Origin: Mobula birostris
Taxonomy: Eukaryota
Direction: 5' to 3'
DNA: 64,000 bases
Assembly (NCBI RefSeq): GCF_030028105.1
Contig: NC_092373.1
Location: 93,884,062 to 93,948,061, forward strand
The stretch's first letter is position 1, and each line of letters opens with the position of its first letter. A program made the translations under genes and the position numbers. Under the pieces are notes generated by a model that worked only from the letters and a program-made list of their open reading frames with translations, did no database searches and was not told where the DNA came from. Shown here piece by piece: positions 47,783 to 60,600 of the stretch.

Positions 47783-50750
47783 CCATAAGACATACGAGTA
47801 CAATTAGGCCATTCGGCACATTGAGTCTGCACAGTCATTCAATCGTGGCTGATTTATTATCCCTCTCAACCACTTCTCCTGTCTTCTCCCCATGACCTTC
47901 CATGCCCCTACTAATCAATAACCGTTCAACTTACACTTTAAATATACCCAATGACTTGCTCTCCAGCGCCATCTAAGGCAATAAATTCCACAGATTCACC
48001 ATCCTCTGACTAAAAAAAATCCTCCTCATATCTGTTCTAAATGGACATCCTTTTATTCCAAGGCTGTGCTCTCTGGTACAGGATTCCCCCGGTGTAGGAA
48101 ACATCTTCCCCATGTCCACTCTATCTAGGCCTTTAAACATTCGATAGCTTTCAATGAGGTTCCCCCTCATTCTTCAAAACTTCACTGTACACAGGCCCAA
48201 AGCCATCAAACATTCCTCATGTGTTTATCCTTTCATCATTCTCGTGAACCTTCTCTGGACCCTCTCCAATGGCATCACATCCTTCTTAGATAAAGAGCCC
48301 AAAACTATGCACAATACTTCCAAGTGAGGCCTCACCAGTACCTTATAAAGCCTCAGCATTACATCCTGGCTTTAATATTCTAGTCCTCTCAAACTAAATG
48401 CTAACATTGAATTTGCATTCATCACCACCTACTCAACCTGCAAATTTACCTTTAGTGAATCCTGCACGAGGGCTCCCAAATCCCTTTACACCCCAGAATT
48501 CTGAATTATTTCTTGGAAAATAATCCACACCTTTATTCCTTCTTCCAAAGTGCCTGACCACACACTTCCCTTTACTATACTCCATCTGCCACTTCTTTGC
48601 CCATTTTCCTAACCTTCTGCAGACTTCCTGCTTCCTCAACATTACCTGCTCCTGAACCTAGTTTGTATCATCCACAAACGTGGCCACAAAGCCATTAATT
48701 CCGTCATCCAAATCTCTGACATATAATGTGAAAAGAAGCAGTCCCAACACCAACCCCTGAGGAACACCACTAGGAACTAGCAGCCAATCAGGAAAAGATC
48801 CTTTTATTCCCACTTCCTGCCAGTCAGCCAATCTTCTATCCATGCTACCATCTTTCCTATGGGCACTTGTTTAGCAGCTTCATGTGTAGCATCTTATCAA
48901 AGGTCTTCTGAAAATCCAAGTAAACAACATCCACTGACAGTCCTTTGTCTATCCTGTCTGTTAGTTCCTCAAATAATTCGAACAGATTTGTCAGGCAAGA
49001 CTTTCTCTTAAGGAAACTATGCTGACTTCAGCCTATTTTATCATGTGCCTCCAAATCCCCCCAACACCCCCTCCCCCTTTTTTTCCAGTGGTCTGATATC
49101 CATTCTGGCTTCTCTTTTACTCTTTATACACCTGAAAAAAAAACTTTTGGTATCGTCTTTTATATTATTGGCTAGCTTACCTTCATATTTCGCCTTTTCT
49201 ATCCTTATTGTTTTTTTAGTTGCCCTTTGTTGAATTTTAAAAGCTTCCCAATCATTTTTGCTATACTGTATGCCCTCTTTGCTTTTATGTTATCTTTGAC
49301 CTGCCTTGCCTGCCACAGTCGCCCCATCTGTCCTTTAGAATACCTCTTCTTCGGGAGAAGTCTATCCTGCGCCTTACAAATTTCTCCCAGAAACTCTAGC
49401 CATTGCTATTCTGCCATCATCCCTGCTTGTGTTCCTTTCTAATCAACTTCGGTCAGCTCCTCTCTCAAGTCTCTGTAGTTGCCTTTACTCCACTGTAATA
49501 ATGATACATCTGATTTTGGCCTTAAACCCTCAAACTGCAGGGTGAATTCTATCACATAATGTCACTGACTCCTAAGGCTTCCTTTACCTTAAGCTCCCTA
49601 ATCAAATCAGGTTCATTACACAAAATCCAAAATTGCCTTTTTCCTAGTGGGTTCAACTACAAGCTACTCTAAAAAGCCATCTTGCGGGCATTCTACAAGT
49701 TTTCTCTCTTGGGATATAGCGTCAAAATGATTTTCCCAATCTACCTCCATATATTGAAATCTCCCCATGACTATCATAACTTGCTCGTTTTACATGCATT
49801 TTTTATCCCCCGTTGTAATTTGCACTCCACATCCTGGCTACCGCTTGGAAGCCTGTAATCTAACTCCCATCCAGGTCTTTCGACATGCAGTTTAGCTCTA
49901 CCCACAGGGATTATACATCTTCCTATCCTATGTCACCTTTTTCTAAGAACCTGTTCCCATCCATCCCCCAGCCTCCAAATAGAGCCACCCTGCCCCCCGC
50001 CTACCTGTCTGTCATTTCAATACAATATGTATTCTTGGATGATAAGCTCTCAACTATGCTCTCAGTAATGCCCACAACATCACACCTGAATATTTCTAAC
50101 CTCACTGCAAGATTATCTACCTTATTCCGTATACTGATGCATTGAAGTATAACACCTTCAGACTTTTCAGCACCCTTTTCAATTTTTTCCCCATGTTACC
50201 AGCAGTTACATTCTTATCTCTTTCTAAACTACACACTGTATTTACTCGTATACCAACAACCCCATCCTCTGCACTACCACTCCGGTTCCCACCTCCTTGC
50301 CAAATTAGTTTAAACCCTCTCCAACAGCTCAAGCTAGCCTGCTCACAAAGATATTGGTTGCCCTTGAGTTCAGGTATAACCTGTCTTTCTGTAAAGATCA
50401 CACCTTTCCCAGGAGAGATGATCTAGAAATTTTAAACCTTGCCCCGGCATCAATTCCTCAGACACACCTTCATCTACCAAATCATCCTACACATATCCTC
50501 ATTGGCACGTGGCACAGACATCAATACAGAGATTGCTGTCCAGGAGGTCCTCCTTTTCAGCTTTCTATGCAACTCCCTATATTCTCTCTTCAGATCCTCA
50601 TCTCTTTTCTTATGTGTGGTGTTGGTACCACAACTTCTAGCTGTTCATCCTCCCCCTTTAGAACGCTGTGGACTCAAACTGAGATATGCCTAACCCTGGC
50701 ACCTGGAAGGCAACATACCATCCTGATGTCCCTTTCATATCCACAGACAT
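47783..50750 (-). mobile_element. Long degenerate CR1 LINE including ORF1 (esterase-like) and endonuclease remnants
   Basis: RGNLIESYR, GVPQGLVLG...FVDDT, KVLYFNAS (endonuclease start), and ORF1-like CLPGARV...EDLKREYREL.RKLKRRTS near 50540-50720. Confidence 0.85.
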
Positions 50751-50979
50751 TCACATGACGAATAATGTCAATGTCATCTAGGAGGTCCCAGGTGTGCTGG
50801 TTTCCATTATCCTACCTTGGTGATGCTTTACCATAGGGAGATCGATCAATTCAGCCCATATCTGGAGGTTGCCTAGAATTAGCCGGTTACAACAATACAT
50901 TTAGCCATCTAGTCAGTTGCAATAACAGATTTAAATTCTTCTCTTTCCTGCAGCTTGCACAATTCTAGCCTTCAAATTC

Positions 50980-52515
50980 CATAAGACCACAAGTTATAGG
51001 AGCAGAATGAGGCCATTTGGCCCATCGAGTCTGCTCCACCATTTCATCATGGCTGATCCATTTTCCTCTCAGCCCTAATTCTGCCTTCTCCCGGGATCTC
51101 TTCATGCCCTGACTAATTAAGAATCTATCAACCTCTTCCTTAAATATATCCAATAACTTGACCTCCTCAGCCACCTGTGGCAACAACTCCAGATTCACCA
51201 CTCTCTGGCTAAATTAGCATCCCTCTATTCTGAGGCTGTGTCCTCTGGTCTTCGTCACCACAGGACACACCCCCTTTACATCCACTGTATCTAGGCCTTT
51301 CAGCATTCGATAGGTTTCAATAAGATCCCTCCTCATTCTTCTGAATTCCAGTGAATACAGGCTCAGAGCCATCAAAGGTTCCTCATATGAGAAGCCTTTC
51401 AATCCCGGAATCATTTTTGTGAACCTCCTCTGGACCCTCTCCAATGTCAGCTCATCTTTTTTTTTTAAGATAACAGGCCTAAAAACTGCTCACAATACTC
51501 CAAGTGATGCCTCAAAAATCCTCAACATTACATCCTTGCTTTTATATTCTAGTCCTCTTGAAATGAATGCTAACGTTGCATTTGCCTTCCTCACCACCAA
51601 CTCAACCTGCAAATTAACCTTCAGGAAATCCTACACAAGGACTCCCAAGTCCATTTGCAACTCAGATTTTTGAAATTTCACTCCATTTAGAAAATAGCTT
51701 ATGCTTTTACTTCTTCTACCAAAGTGCATGACCATACACTTCCCAACACTGTATTCCATTTGCCACTTCTTTGCCATTTCTCCTAATCTGTCTAAGTCCC
51801 TCTGTAGCCTCTGCTTCCTCAACACTACCTGGCCTTCCACCTATCAACGCATCGTCCGCAAACTTGGCCACAAAGCCATCAGTTCCATCATCCAAATAAT
51901 TGACATATAACGTAAAAAGCAGTCCCAACACAGACACCTGTGGAACATCAACCAGAAAAGACTCCCTTTATTCCCACTTTGTCTCCTGCCAATCAGCCAA
52001 TGCCTTATCCATGCTTGTATCTTTTCTGAAACACCACAGGCTCTTAACTTGTTAAGCAGCTTTATGTGTGGCACCTTGTCAAAGGCCTTCAGAACATCCA
52101 AGTACACAACATCCTCTTTTGTCTTTTCTACCTGTTATTTCTTCAAAGAATTCCAACAGTTTTTTTGTTTGTGATTTGTCAGGCAAGAATTTCCCTAAAG
52201 GTAATCATGCTGACTTTAGCCTATCTTATCATGTGCCTCTAAATACCCCGAAACCACATTCTTAACAATCGACTTCCAACATCTTCCCAACCAATAAGGT
52301 CAGACTAACTGGCCTATAATTTCCTTTCCCCTGCTTCTCTTCCTTCTTGAAGAATGGAGTAACATTTGCAATTTTCCAGTCCTCCAAAATCATGCCAGAA
52401 TCTATTGATTCTTTAAAGATCATTACCAATGCCTCCGCAATCTCTTCAGTCTCCTCTTTCAGCACCCTACGATGTAGACCATCTGGTCCAGGTGACATCT
52501 ACCTTCAGACCTCAC
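50980..52515 (-). mobile_element. 5'-truncated CR1 LINE ending about 115 bp from a SAP130 donor site
   Basis: SPGPDGLHRRVLKE...GNYRPVSLT, YLDVLKAFDKVPH, KFADD, RRDLIETYRMLKGLD. Confidence 0.9.
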
Positions 52516-52628
52516 AAACTGCAGAGATGGGGCCTTGTATATATCATGGGCCAGCACTTAATCTGCTCCCAGCAATGCATGGCTGGGATGTGAGCTCCAC
52601 AGTTTGCTCATATAGGGCATCCACAAAC

Positions 52629-52742
52629 CTGGATCAGCTCACTGATTCGATGCATGTCATCATCTGCAGCTGCTTTCTTCTTTGGAATCAGCCCTTCCTG
52701 TAATGAAGCCAATCTGTTGTACACATCATGTTCCAAGCTAGT
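52629..52742 (-). CDS. SAP130: SAP130 penultimate coding exon
   Basis: Acceptor cttttctttttctgaactctacag| and donor |gtttgt; 114 nt, phase 0/0. Translates TSLEHDVYNRLASLQEGLIPKKKAAADDDMHRISELIQ, in frame with both neighbouring exons. Confidence 0.94.
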
Positions 52743-53189
52743 CTGTAGAGTTCAGAAAAAGAAAAGGATTAGTGAAAAGGACTGAGCTCAAATTCCAAAC
52801 TTTTTCTTAGTAATCTGCAATGAGTAAATACTTGAATGTTATGATACCCAGTCAGGAAACAAATGAACAGAATCTGTTTTAGTTTAAATTTCCTTCCCTC
52901 TCCCCACCCTAGTTCTTAAGCATTGCAAATTCTAGGAAACCTCTAGTATAATTTTCATAGACATTATTAATGCATGAGCCTTGAAAGTAAAACAGATAAT
53001 TCTTAATGCCCTTTATGTGGAAATTAAAATCCCACTGATGTTTCTTCTGTTAAGTGGTTACATTCACCGAGTAGATAACGCTCAATTGTATTCACAGCTC
53101 CTCGGGAAATGATTGAATGCCAGAGCAGACTCGATGAGCTGAATGCCTAATTCTGCTCCCAAGTCTTATAGAGCCCATGCCTACATGAG

Positions 53190-53600
53190 CAAAGGCCTTG
53201 TCAAAATTCAGTCAAAGACAAAGTGACAAGTAGCATTTAACCAACAAGCACCAGGTACTTTACCATAATATTTTTGATATTCAGTTGTCACTAACACTGC
53301 CATTTTATGGTTCACCACCAAGCAGAACTCAGCTGGACCAGTTGTGCAGGGTCTCCCTTCTCAACATCTATGCAGGCATGTCAGAAGCATGATTTTTCAC
53401 TTGTCTGGGTGAATGCAGCCTCAACAGATCAGAAGTTAAACAGTAGCGAGGATGAAGTATCCTGCCTGATTCATCAACCTAACTATTCACACCTTGAGCA
53501 CTGTGGATGCAGTGTGCACCATCTACAAACTGCACTGCAGTTATTTAAAAGAGCACAGTACCTCCCAACATCACAGCCTCCATTAGCCTTCCCTTTCCTT
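53190..53600 (+). mobile_element. Old LINE (CR1/L2 group) RT fragment
   Basis: Degenerate IYAG.VRSM...LVWVNAASTDQKLNSSEDEVSCLI, resembling a non-LTR RT C-terminal region. Confidence 0.45.
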
Positions 53601-54189
53601 TGCCAAAAATTATCCTTTACTTCAGGATCAAAGAAAGCATCAGCTTTTGTGTATTTAAAGCACCTCCCCACCTTGCCCTGTCACCTTTCATAATGACAGC
53701 TTTGTCACTAAGACTGAAACTGGTCCTGACTCACCACCATTTGTGATCTCAACTATAAATGATTTCATGTAATCATCTGTCAGACATCTAGCATCATGAA
53801 ACAAATAGAATTTGACTTCTGCTGACATAACTTACTCACAGATCAGCATGAACAATGCACCAGAGCTTCCCGAAGATAATATTGTACACAGTATCCAGTA
53901 CCATGACAGTTACGTTCAGCAAACACTTAGTTAACAACTTTTAATGAAGGTCACAGTTGACAACCAAATACAAAGATCATTCTATTTACAGAGCTCTACT
54001 GGTAAATTTAGATCCACGCACCCACTACAACAATGGGTCTTTTATCATAATGCAATGATGTAGAGTCTGGTGTGCTTCATGAGAAGGTATCTAGTAAACA
54101 CATACCTCAGCTCCTTTCCATAAACAGCAAAATTGGCAGATGTTTGCTTTATGCGCTGGAATATCTTCAAATACATTTCAGCATAACTT

Positions 54190-54830
54190 CTCCCTTTGGT
54201 ATCAAGTTACAGACAGTATACTGGAATTCCTTGCGTGTGCTTCCAGCATGAAATCAGACTCAGCAGCATCCTACAGTCATACTGATGTCAGTCTTATTTG
54301 ATCACAAACTTCTACAGACACACTGTTGAAAGTATCCTGACAGGTTACGTCATGCTCTGTTTCGGCAATTCAAATGTCCAGGACTACAAGCTACAGAGAG
54401 TAGTGCATTAACCAAACAGATCACAGGCAAATCCCTTCACATCATCGGCAGCACCTATAAAAGATGCTGGCTTAAGGCAGCAAAATCTACCGAAGATCCT
54501 CACCATCTACTTGCAGCTACCATCGAGCAGAAAGTCCCAGACCACCAGGTTCCAGCACAGCTACTTCCCTTCAACAATCTGGTGCTTAATCCAACTGGCA
54601 AAACCTTAATCACCACTATAATTTAGTAAACCTATGGTTATTCTGATCACCATGGACTAAAATGGACTGTTTAAAAAAAATTGAATTACATTTTTACTTA
54701 TAAAATTTGTGTATAATCTACGTTTAACAAGTTTTTCTTATGAATGCTGCTTATTTGATGCTATATGCCTGTGGCACTGTTACAGACTAGTTTTGCATTA
54801 TCACCTGTGCAGATGACCATAAACTCTACG
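54190..54830 (+). mobile_element. Degenerate Rex1-type LINE fragment
   Basis: FYRHTVESILTG...KLQRVV...FFPSTI motifs. Confidence 0.65.
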
Positions 54831-55656
54831 TGGAGTCCACCAAAATATTTCAGAGGAATAAGTAGCAAGGCATCGAAATTCACTGGAGCCAGGAAACAAA
54901 GTGATGATGAAAAGAGGTTTTGCAGGAATTTCATACAAGTCCTCCTCACAGCGATATTCCTTTGCACGTGTAGCTCAGGGAACTGGGAATGAGTGAATAA
55001 GCCCCGCTTACGAGAACACGCACAGAAATTTTCTCCAGCATGGAGAAAGTAACTCAGCCAATCAGGAAGGCTACGGATTACAGAAGATGGAAGTTGTTAG
55101 GAAAGACACTGGGGAACAAACATAGGAATCAGGTATAGGGATGGTGGGTAGCGATTGGGGCTTTAACAAGATATGAATCAAGCATTTTGGGGTGCAAATA
55201 GGTAAATAAAATTTATCTTGAATGACCTAACAGTAGATTGATTCCAAATTATGCAAGTATATTTCCAGCCGTTTATCTATTAAATCTCTGATGCTAGTTA
55301 ATAAAACCACTCTATTTTCTGAGTTGTTATTTTAAACTTCCTGTAGAATCACCACTATTTATTTGAAAGCATAAATCAATAACCCCACCCACCCTGGATG
55401 TTCTCCTATCCCTCTCCCAACGAGCAGGAGATACAAAAGCCTCAAAGAAAAGCTTTTATCCCACTGTTATCAGATCTCTTAAACAGATATTGAAATGTAC
55501 TCGTGGCCTCAATCTACCTCATTAGGATTGTACACTTTATCATTTACCTGCACTGCACTTTCTCGGTAGCTTTTATGCTTAATTCTGCATTGTTTTGTTT
55601 TACCCTATTCTAGCTCAATGCATAGTTTAATGATATGATCTGTATAAACAATATGC

Positions 55657-55938
55657 TTTTGGGACTGCCTGGTAAAGGAAGCCTAGAGAAAAATAATATT
55701 AACAAAGACGAAGTCTCACTCCAAGCAAGGACTGGACTTCAATTGTAAACAAAGTGGGAGAGCGGAAACCTGATTGGATGAAGACTAACCAATCAGGAGG
55801 GACGGAATACAGGGGTGTAAATACTACCAGTCTAGACATGCCCAGGCATCAACACTGAAGGATGTCAAAGTATGTCATCAAAACACTAGTTATAATCAAA
55901 CCTGTACTCTGCTTGAAGCCAGAGAAGAGTTTATTCAT
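55657..55938 (+). mobile_element. Second PLE family 3' end inserted in a Rex1 tail
   Basis: WDCLVKEA...NINKDE-like GIY-YIG C-terminal motif; TSD aatatgc (55650-55656 / 55939-55945). Confidence 0.65.
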
Positions 55939-56242
55939 AATATGCATACAAGCTTTTCACCGTATCTTGGTACATGTGACAATAATAAACTGATACCAAT
56001 AAAAGGTCAGATTAATTTAACTATGTCTATTTTAATGTAAAGAGTATCATGAACAAAGGGGATGAGCTTAGAGCGTGGATCAGTACAGGGAGCTATGATG
56101 TTGTGGCCATTACAGAGTCTTGGATGACTCAGGGGCAGGAACGGCTACATTTAGTGCCAGGCTTTAGATGTTTCAGAAAGGAAAGGGAGAGAGGCAAAAG
56201 AGGTGGGGGAATGACACTGCTAATCAGAGATAGTGTCACATT

Positions 56243-57662
56243 GAAACATCGAAAACCGACAGCACTATACAGGTCCTTCGGCCCACAAAGCTGTGCTGAA
56301 CATGTCCTTACCTTAGAAATTACCTCGAGTTATCCATAGCCCCCTATTTTTCTGAGCTTTATATACCTGTCCAGGAGCCTCTTAAAAGACCCTATCATAT
56401 CTGCCTCCACCACCGTCACCTGCAGTCCATTTCACACACTCACCACTCTCTGCATAAAAAACACCACTCTCTGCATAAAAAAAACTGACATCACCTCTGT
56501 AGCTACTTCCAAGCACCTTAAAACCGTGCCCTCTCATGTTAGCCATTTCAGCCCTGGGAAAAAGCCTCTGACTATCCACACAATCAATGCCTCTCATCAT
56601 CTTATACACCTCTATCAGGTCACCTCTCATCCTCCGTCTCTCCAAGGAGTAAAGGCCGAGTTCACTCAACCTATTCTCATAAGCCATGCTCCCCAATCCA
56701 GGCAACATCCTTGTAAATCTCCTCTGCACCCTTTCTATGGTTTCCACATCCTTCCTGCAGAGAGGTGACCAGAAATGAGCACAGTACTCCAAGTGGGGTC
56801 TGACCAGTGTCCTATATAGCTGCAACATTACCTCTCTGCTCCTAAACTCAATCCCACGATTGATGAAGATCAATGCACCAGATGCCTTCTTAACCAGTCA
56901 ACCTACGCAACACACATCAAAGTTGCTGGTGAATGCAGCAGGCCAGGCAGCATCTCTAGGAAGAGGTACAGTCGACTTTTCGGGCTGAGACCCTTCGTCA
57001 GAACGCCTGCTGCGTTCACCAGCAACTTTGATGTGTGTTGCTTGAAGTTCAAGCATCTGCAGAATTCCTCGTATTTGAGTCAACCTACGCAGCAGCTTTG
57101 AGTGTCCTATGGACTTGGACCCCAAGATCCCTCTGATTCTCCACATTGCCAAGAGTCTTACCATTAATACTATATTCTGCTATCACATCTGACCTACCAA
57201 ACTGAACCACTTCACACTTATCTGGGTTGAACTCCATCTGCCACTTCTCAGTCCAGTTTTGCATCCTATCAATGTCCCACTGTAACCTCTGACAGCCCTC
57301 CACACTATCCACAACACCACAAACCTTTGTGTCATCAGCAAATTTACTGACCCATCCCTCCACTTCCTCATCCAGGTCATTTATAAAACTCACGAAGAGT
57401 AGGGGGTCCCAGAACAGATCCCTGAGGCACACCACTGGTCACCAACCTCCATGCAGAATATGACCCGTCTACAACTACTCTTTGGCTTCTGTGGGCAAGC
57501 CAGTTCTCGATCCACAAAGCAATGTCCCCTTGGATTCCACGCCTCCTTACTTTCTCAATAAGCCTTGCATGGGGTACCTTATCAAATGCCTTGCTAAAAT
57601 CCATATACACTACATCTACTGCTCTACCTTCATCAACCTGTTTAGTCACATCCTCAAAAAAT
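56243..57662 (-). mobile_element. Young CR1 nested antiparallel in CR1
   Basis: YMDFSKAFDKVPH...[36 protein letters not shown]. Confidence 0.92.
56910..57077. mobile_element. Inverted PLE terminus inserted in CR1
   Basis: 37-bp inverted arms 56907-56943 / 57005-57041; minus-strand CTGACGA...GAAA-AGTC core; 14-bp TSD agtcaacctacgca (56896-56909 / 57078-57091). Confidence 0.88.
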
Positions 57663-60600
57663 GTTAAATCCTTTTCAATGCCACCATTAACTTTACAGCT
57701 TTATAACCAAACTCTGTCCAAGGTCCAGATGATGCCTTGGGTACATCAGTGATATTCTTCTCTCTCAAACTGGTCTCCCCTCTCTCTTATTGGTCTCTCT
57801 CCCTCTTCCTCCTATGTCCCGCCCCGTTTATTGGTCTCTCTCTTCTCCTATTGTTTCTCTCTCTCTCGCTCTCCCTGTCTCCTACAAGTTTCTCTGTCCT
57901 ACTTATCTCCTCTTCCCCTATTGGTCTTTCGCTCTCTCTCCTGTTTGTCTTCCCAACCCACCCTCTCCCCACCTCCTATTGGGATCTCTCTCTCTCACTC
58001 ACAGCTGCAGAAAAGAAGGAAGTCATGGAAAGATTGCCTACTGACCGTCTCTTTGTGTGGAAGTTAGGAACAGGAAGGGGTCAATAACTCTACTGGGTGT
58101 TTTTTTATAGACCACCCAATAGTAACAAGGATATCGAGGAGCAGATAGGGAGATAGATTCTGGAAAGATGCAATAACAGGGCTGTCGAGGCAGGAGGTTT
58201 TATTTTCCCCAATATTGATTGGCATCTTCCTCGAGCAAGGAGCTTAGATGGAGAGGAGTTTGTTAGGTGTGTTCAGGAAGGTTTCCTGACACAATATGTA
58301 GATAAGCCTACAAGAGGAGAGGCTGTACTTGATTTGGTATTGGGAAATGAACATGGTCATGTGTCAGATCTCTCAGTGGGAGAGCATTTTGGAGATAGTG
58401 ATCACAATTCTATCTCCTTTACCATAGCACTGGAGAGGGATGGTAAAGGAGATAGAATTGTGATCTATCTCCTTGTCTATCCATAGGTACAGACAAGTTA
58501 GGAAAGCGTTTAATTGGAGTAAGGGGAAATATGAAGCTATCAGGCAGGATCTTGGAAACATAAATTGGGAACAGATGTTCTCAGGGAAATGTATGGCAGA
58601 AATGTGGTAAGTGTTCAGGGGATATTCCCGTGGCGTTCTGCATAGGTACGTTCCAATGAGACAGGGAAAGGATGGTAGGGTACAGACACCATGGTGTACA
58701 AAGGCTGTTGAAAATCTAGTCAGGAAGAAAAGCTTAGAAAAGACTCAAAAAATTAGGTAATGATAGAGATCTAGAAAATTATAAGGCAAGCAGGAAGGAA
58801 CTTAAGAATGAAATTAGGAGAGCCAGAAGGGGCCATGAGAAGGCCTTGGCGAGCAGGATTAAGGAAAACTCCAAGTATGTGACGAGCAAGAGGATAAGAC
58901 GTGAGAGAATAGGACCAATCAAGTGTGACAGTGGAAAAGTGTGTATGGAACTGGAGGAGATAGCAGAGGTACTTAATGAATACTTTGCTTCAGTATTCAC
59001 TACAGGAAAGGACCTTAGCAATTGTAGGGATGACTTATAGCAGATTGAAAAGCTTGAGCACATAGACATTAAGTAAGAGGATGTGCTAGAGCTTTTGGAA
59101 AACATCAGGTTGGATAAGTCACCAGGACTGGATGAAATATGCCCCAGGCTACTGTGGGAGGTGAGGGAAGGAGATTGCTGAGCCTCTGGCATTGATCTTT
59201 GTATCAATGGGGATGAGAGAGGATTGGAAGATTGCAGATGTTGTTCCCTTATTCAATAAAGGGAGTGGAGATAGCCCAAGAAATTAAAGACTAGTGAATC
59301 CTACTTCAGTGGTTGATAAGTTGATGGAGAAGATCCTGAGAGGCAGGATTTATGAACATTTGGAGGGGCATAATATGCTTAGGAATAGTCAGCACGGCTT
59401 CGTCAAAGGTAGGTCGTGCCTTACGAGCCTGATTTAATTTTTTGAGGATGTGACTAAACACATTGGTGAAGGTAGAGCAGTAGATATAGTGTATATGGAT
59501 TTTAGCAAGGCAGTTGACAAGGTACCCCATGCAAGGCCTATTGAGAAAGTAAGGAGGCATGGGATCCAAGGGGACTTGGCTTTGTGGATCCAGAATTGGC
59601 TTGCCCACTGAAGGCAAAGAGTGGCTGTAAATGGGTCATATTCTGCATGGAGGTTGGTGACCAGTGGAGTGCCTCAGGGATCTGATCTTCAACCACTTCT
59701 CTTCGTGATTTTTATAAATGACCTGGCTGAGGAAGTGGAGGGATGGGTTAGTAAATTTGCTGATGACACAAAGGTTGGGGATGTTGTGGATAGTGTGGAG
59801 GGCTGTCAGAGGTTACAACAGGACATCCATAGGATGCAAAACTGGACTGAGAAGGGGCAGATGGAGTTCAACCCAGATAAATTGAGGTGGTTCATTTTGG
59901 TAGGTCAAATATGATGGCAGAAGAGAGTATTAATGGTAAGACTCTTGGCAGTGTGGAGGATCAGAGGGATCTTGGGGTCCGAGTCAATAGGACACTCAAA
60001 GCTGCTGCGCAGGTTGACTCTGTGGTTAAGAAAGCATACGGTGCATTGGCCTTCATCAACTGTGGGACTGAGTTCAAGAGCTGAGAGGTAATGTTACAGC
60101 TGTATAGGACCCTGGTCAGACCCCACTTGGAGTACTGTGCTCAGTTCTGGTCACCTCGCTACAGGAAGGATGTGAAAACTATAGAAAAGGTGCAGAAGAG
60201 ATTTACAAGGATGTTGCCTGGATTGGGGAGCATGTCTTACGAGAATAGGTTGAGTGAATGTGGTGTTTTCTCCTTGGAGTGACAGAGGACGAGAGGTGAC
60301 CTGACAGAGGTGTACAAGATGATGAGAGGCATTGATTATGTGGATAGTCAGAGGCTTTTTCCCAGGGCTGAAATGGCTAACACGAGAGGGCATAGTTTCA
60401 AGGTGCTTGGAAGAAGGTACAGAGGAGATGTCAAGGGTAAGTTATTATTGTTGTTTTTTTTTTAAAAGCACAGAGAGTGGTGAGTGCTTGGAATGGGCTG
60501 CCAGTGACAGTGGTGGAGGAGGCGGATACAATAGGGTCTTTTTAAGAGGCTCCTGGATAGATAGATGGAGCTTAGAAAAATAGAGGGCTATGGGTAACCC

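Noticed and set aside
57737-58087. Membrane-protein-like ORFs
   Set aside because: Leu/Ser-rich translations arise from the (CT)-rich low-complexity tract.
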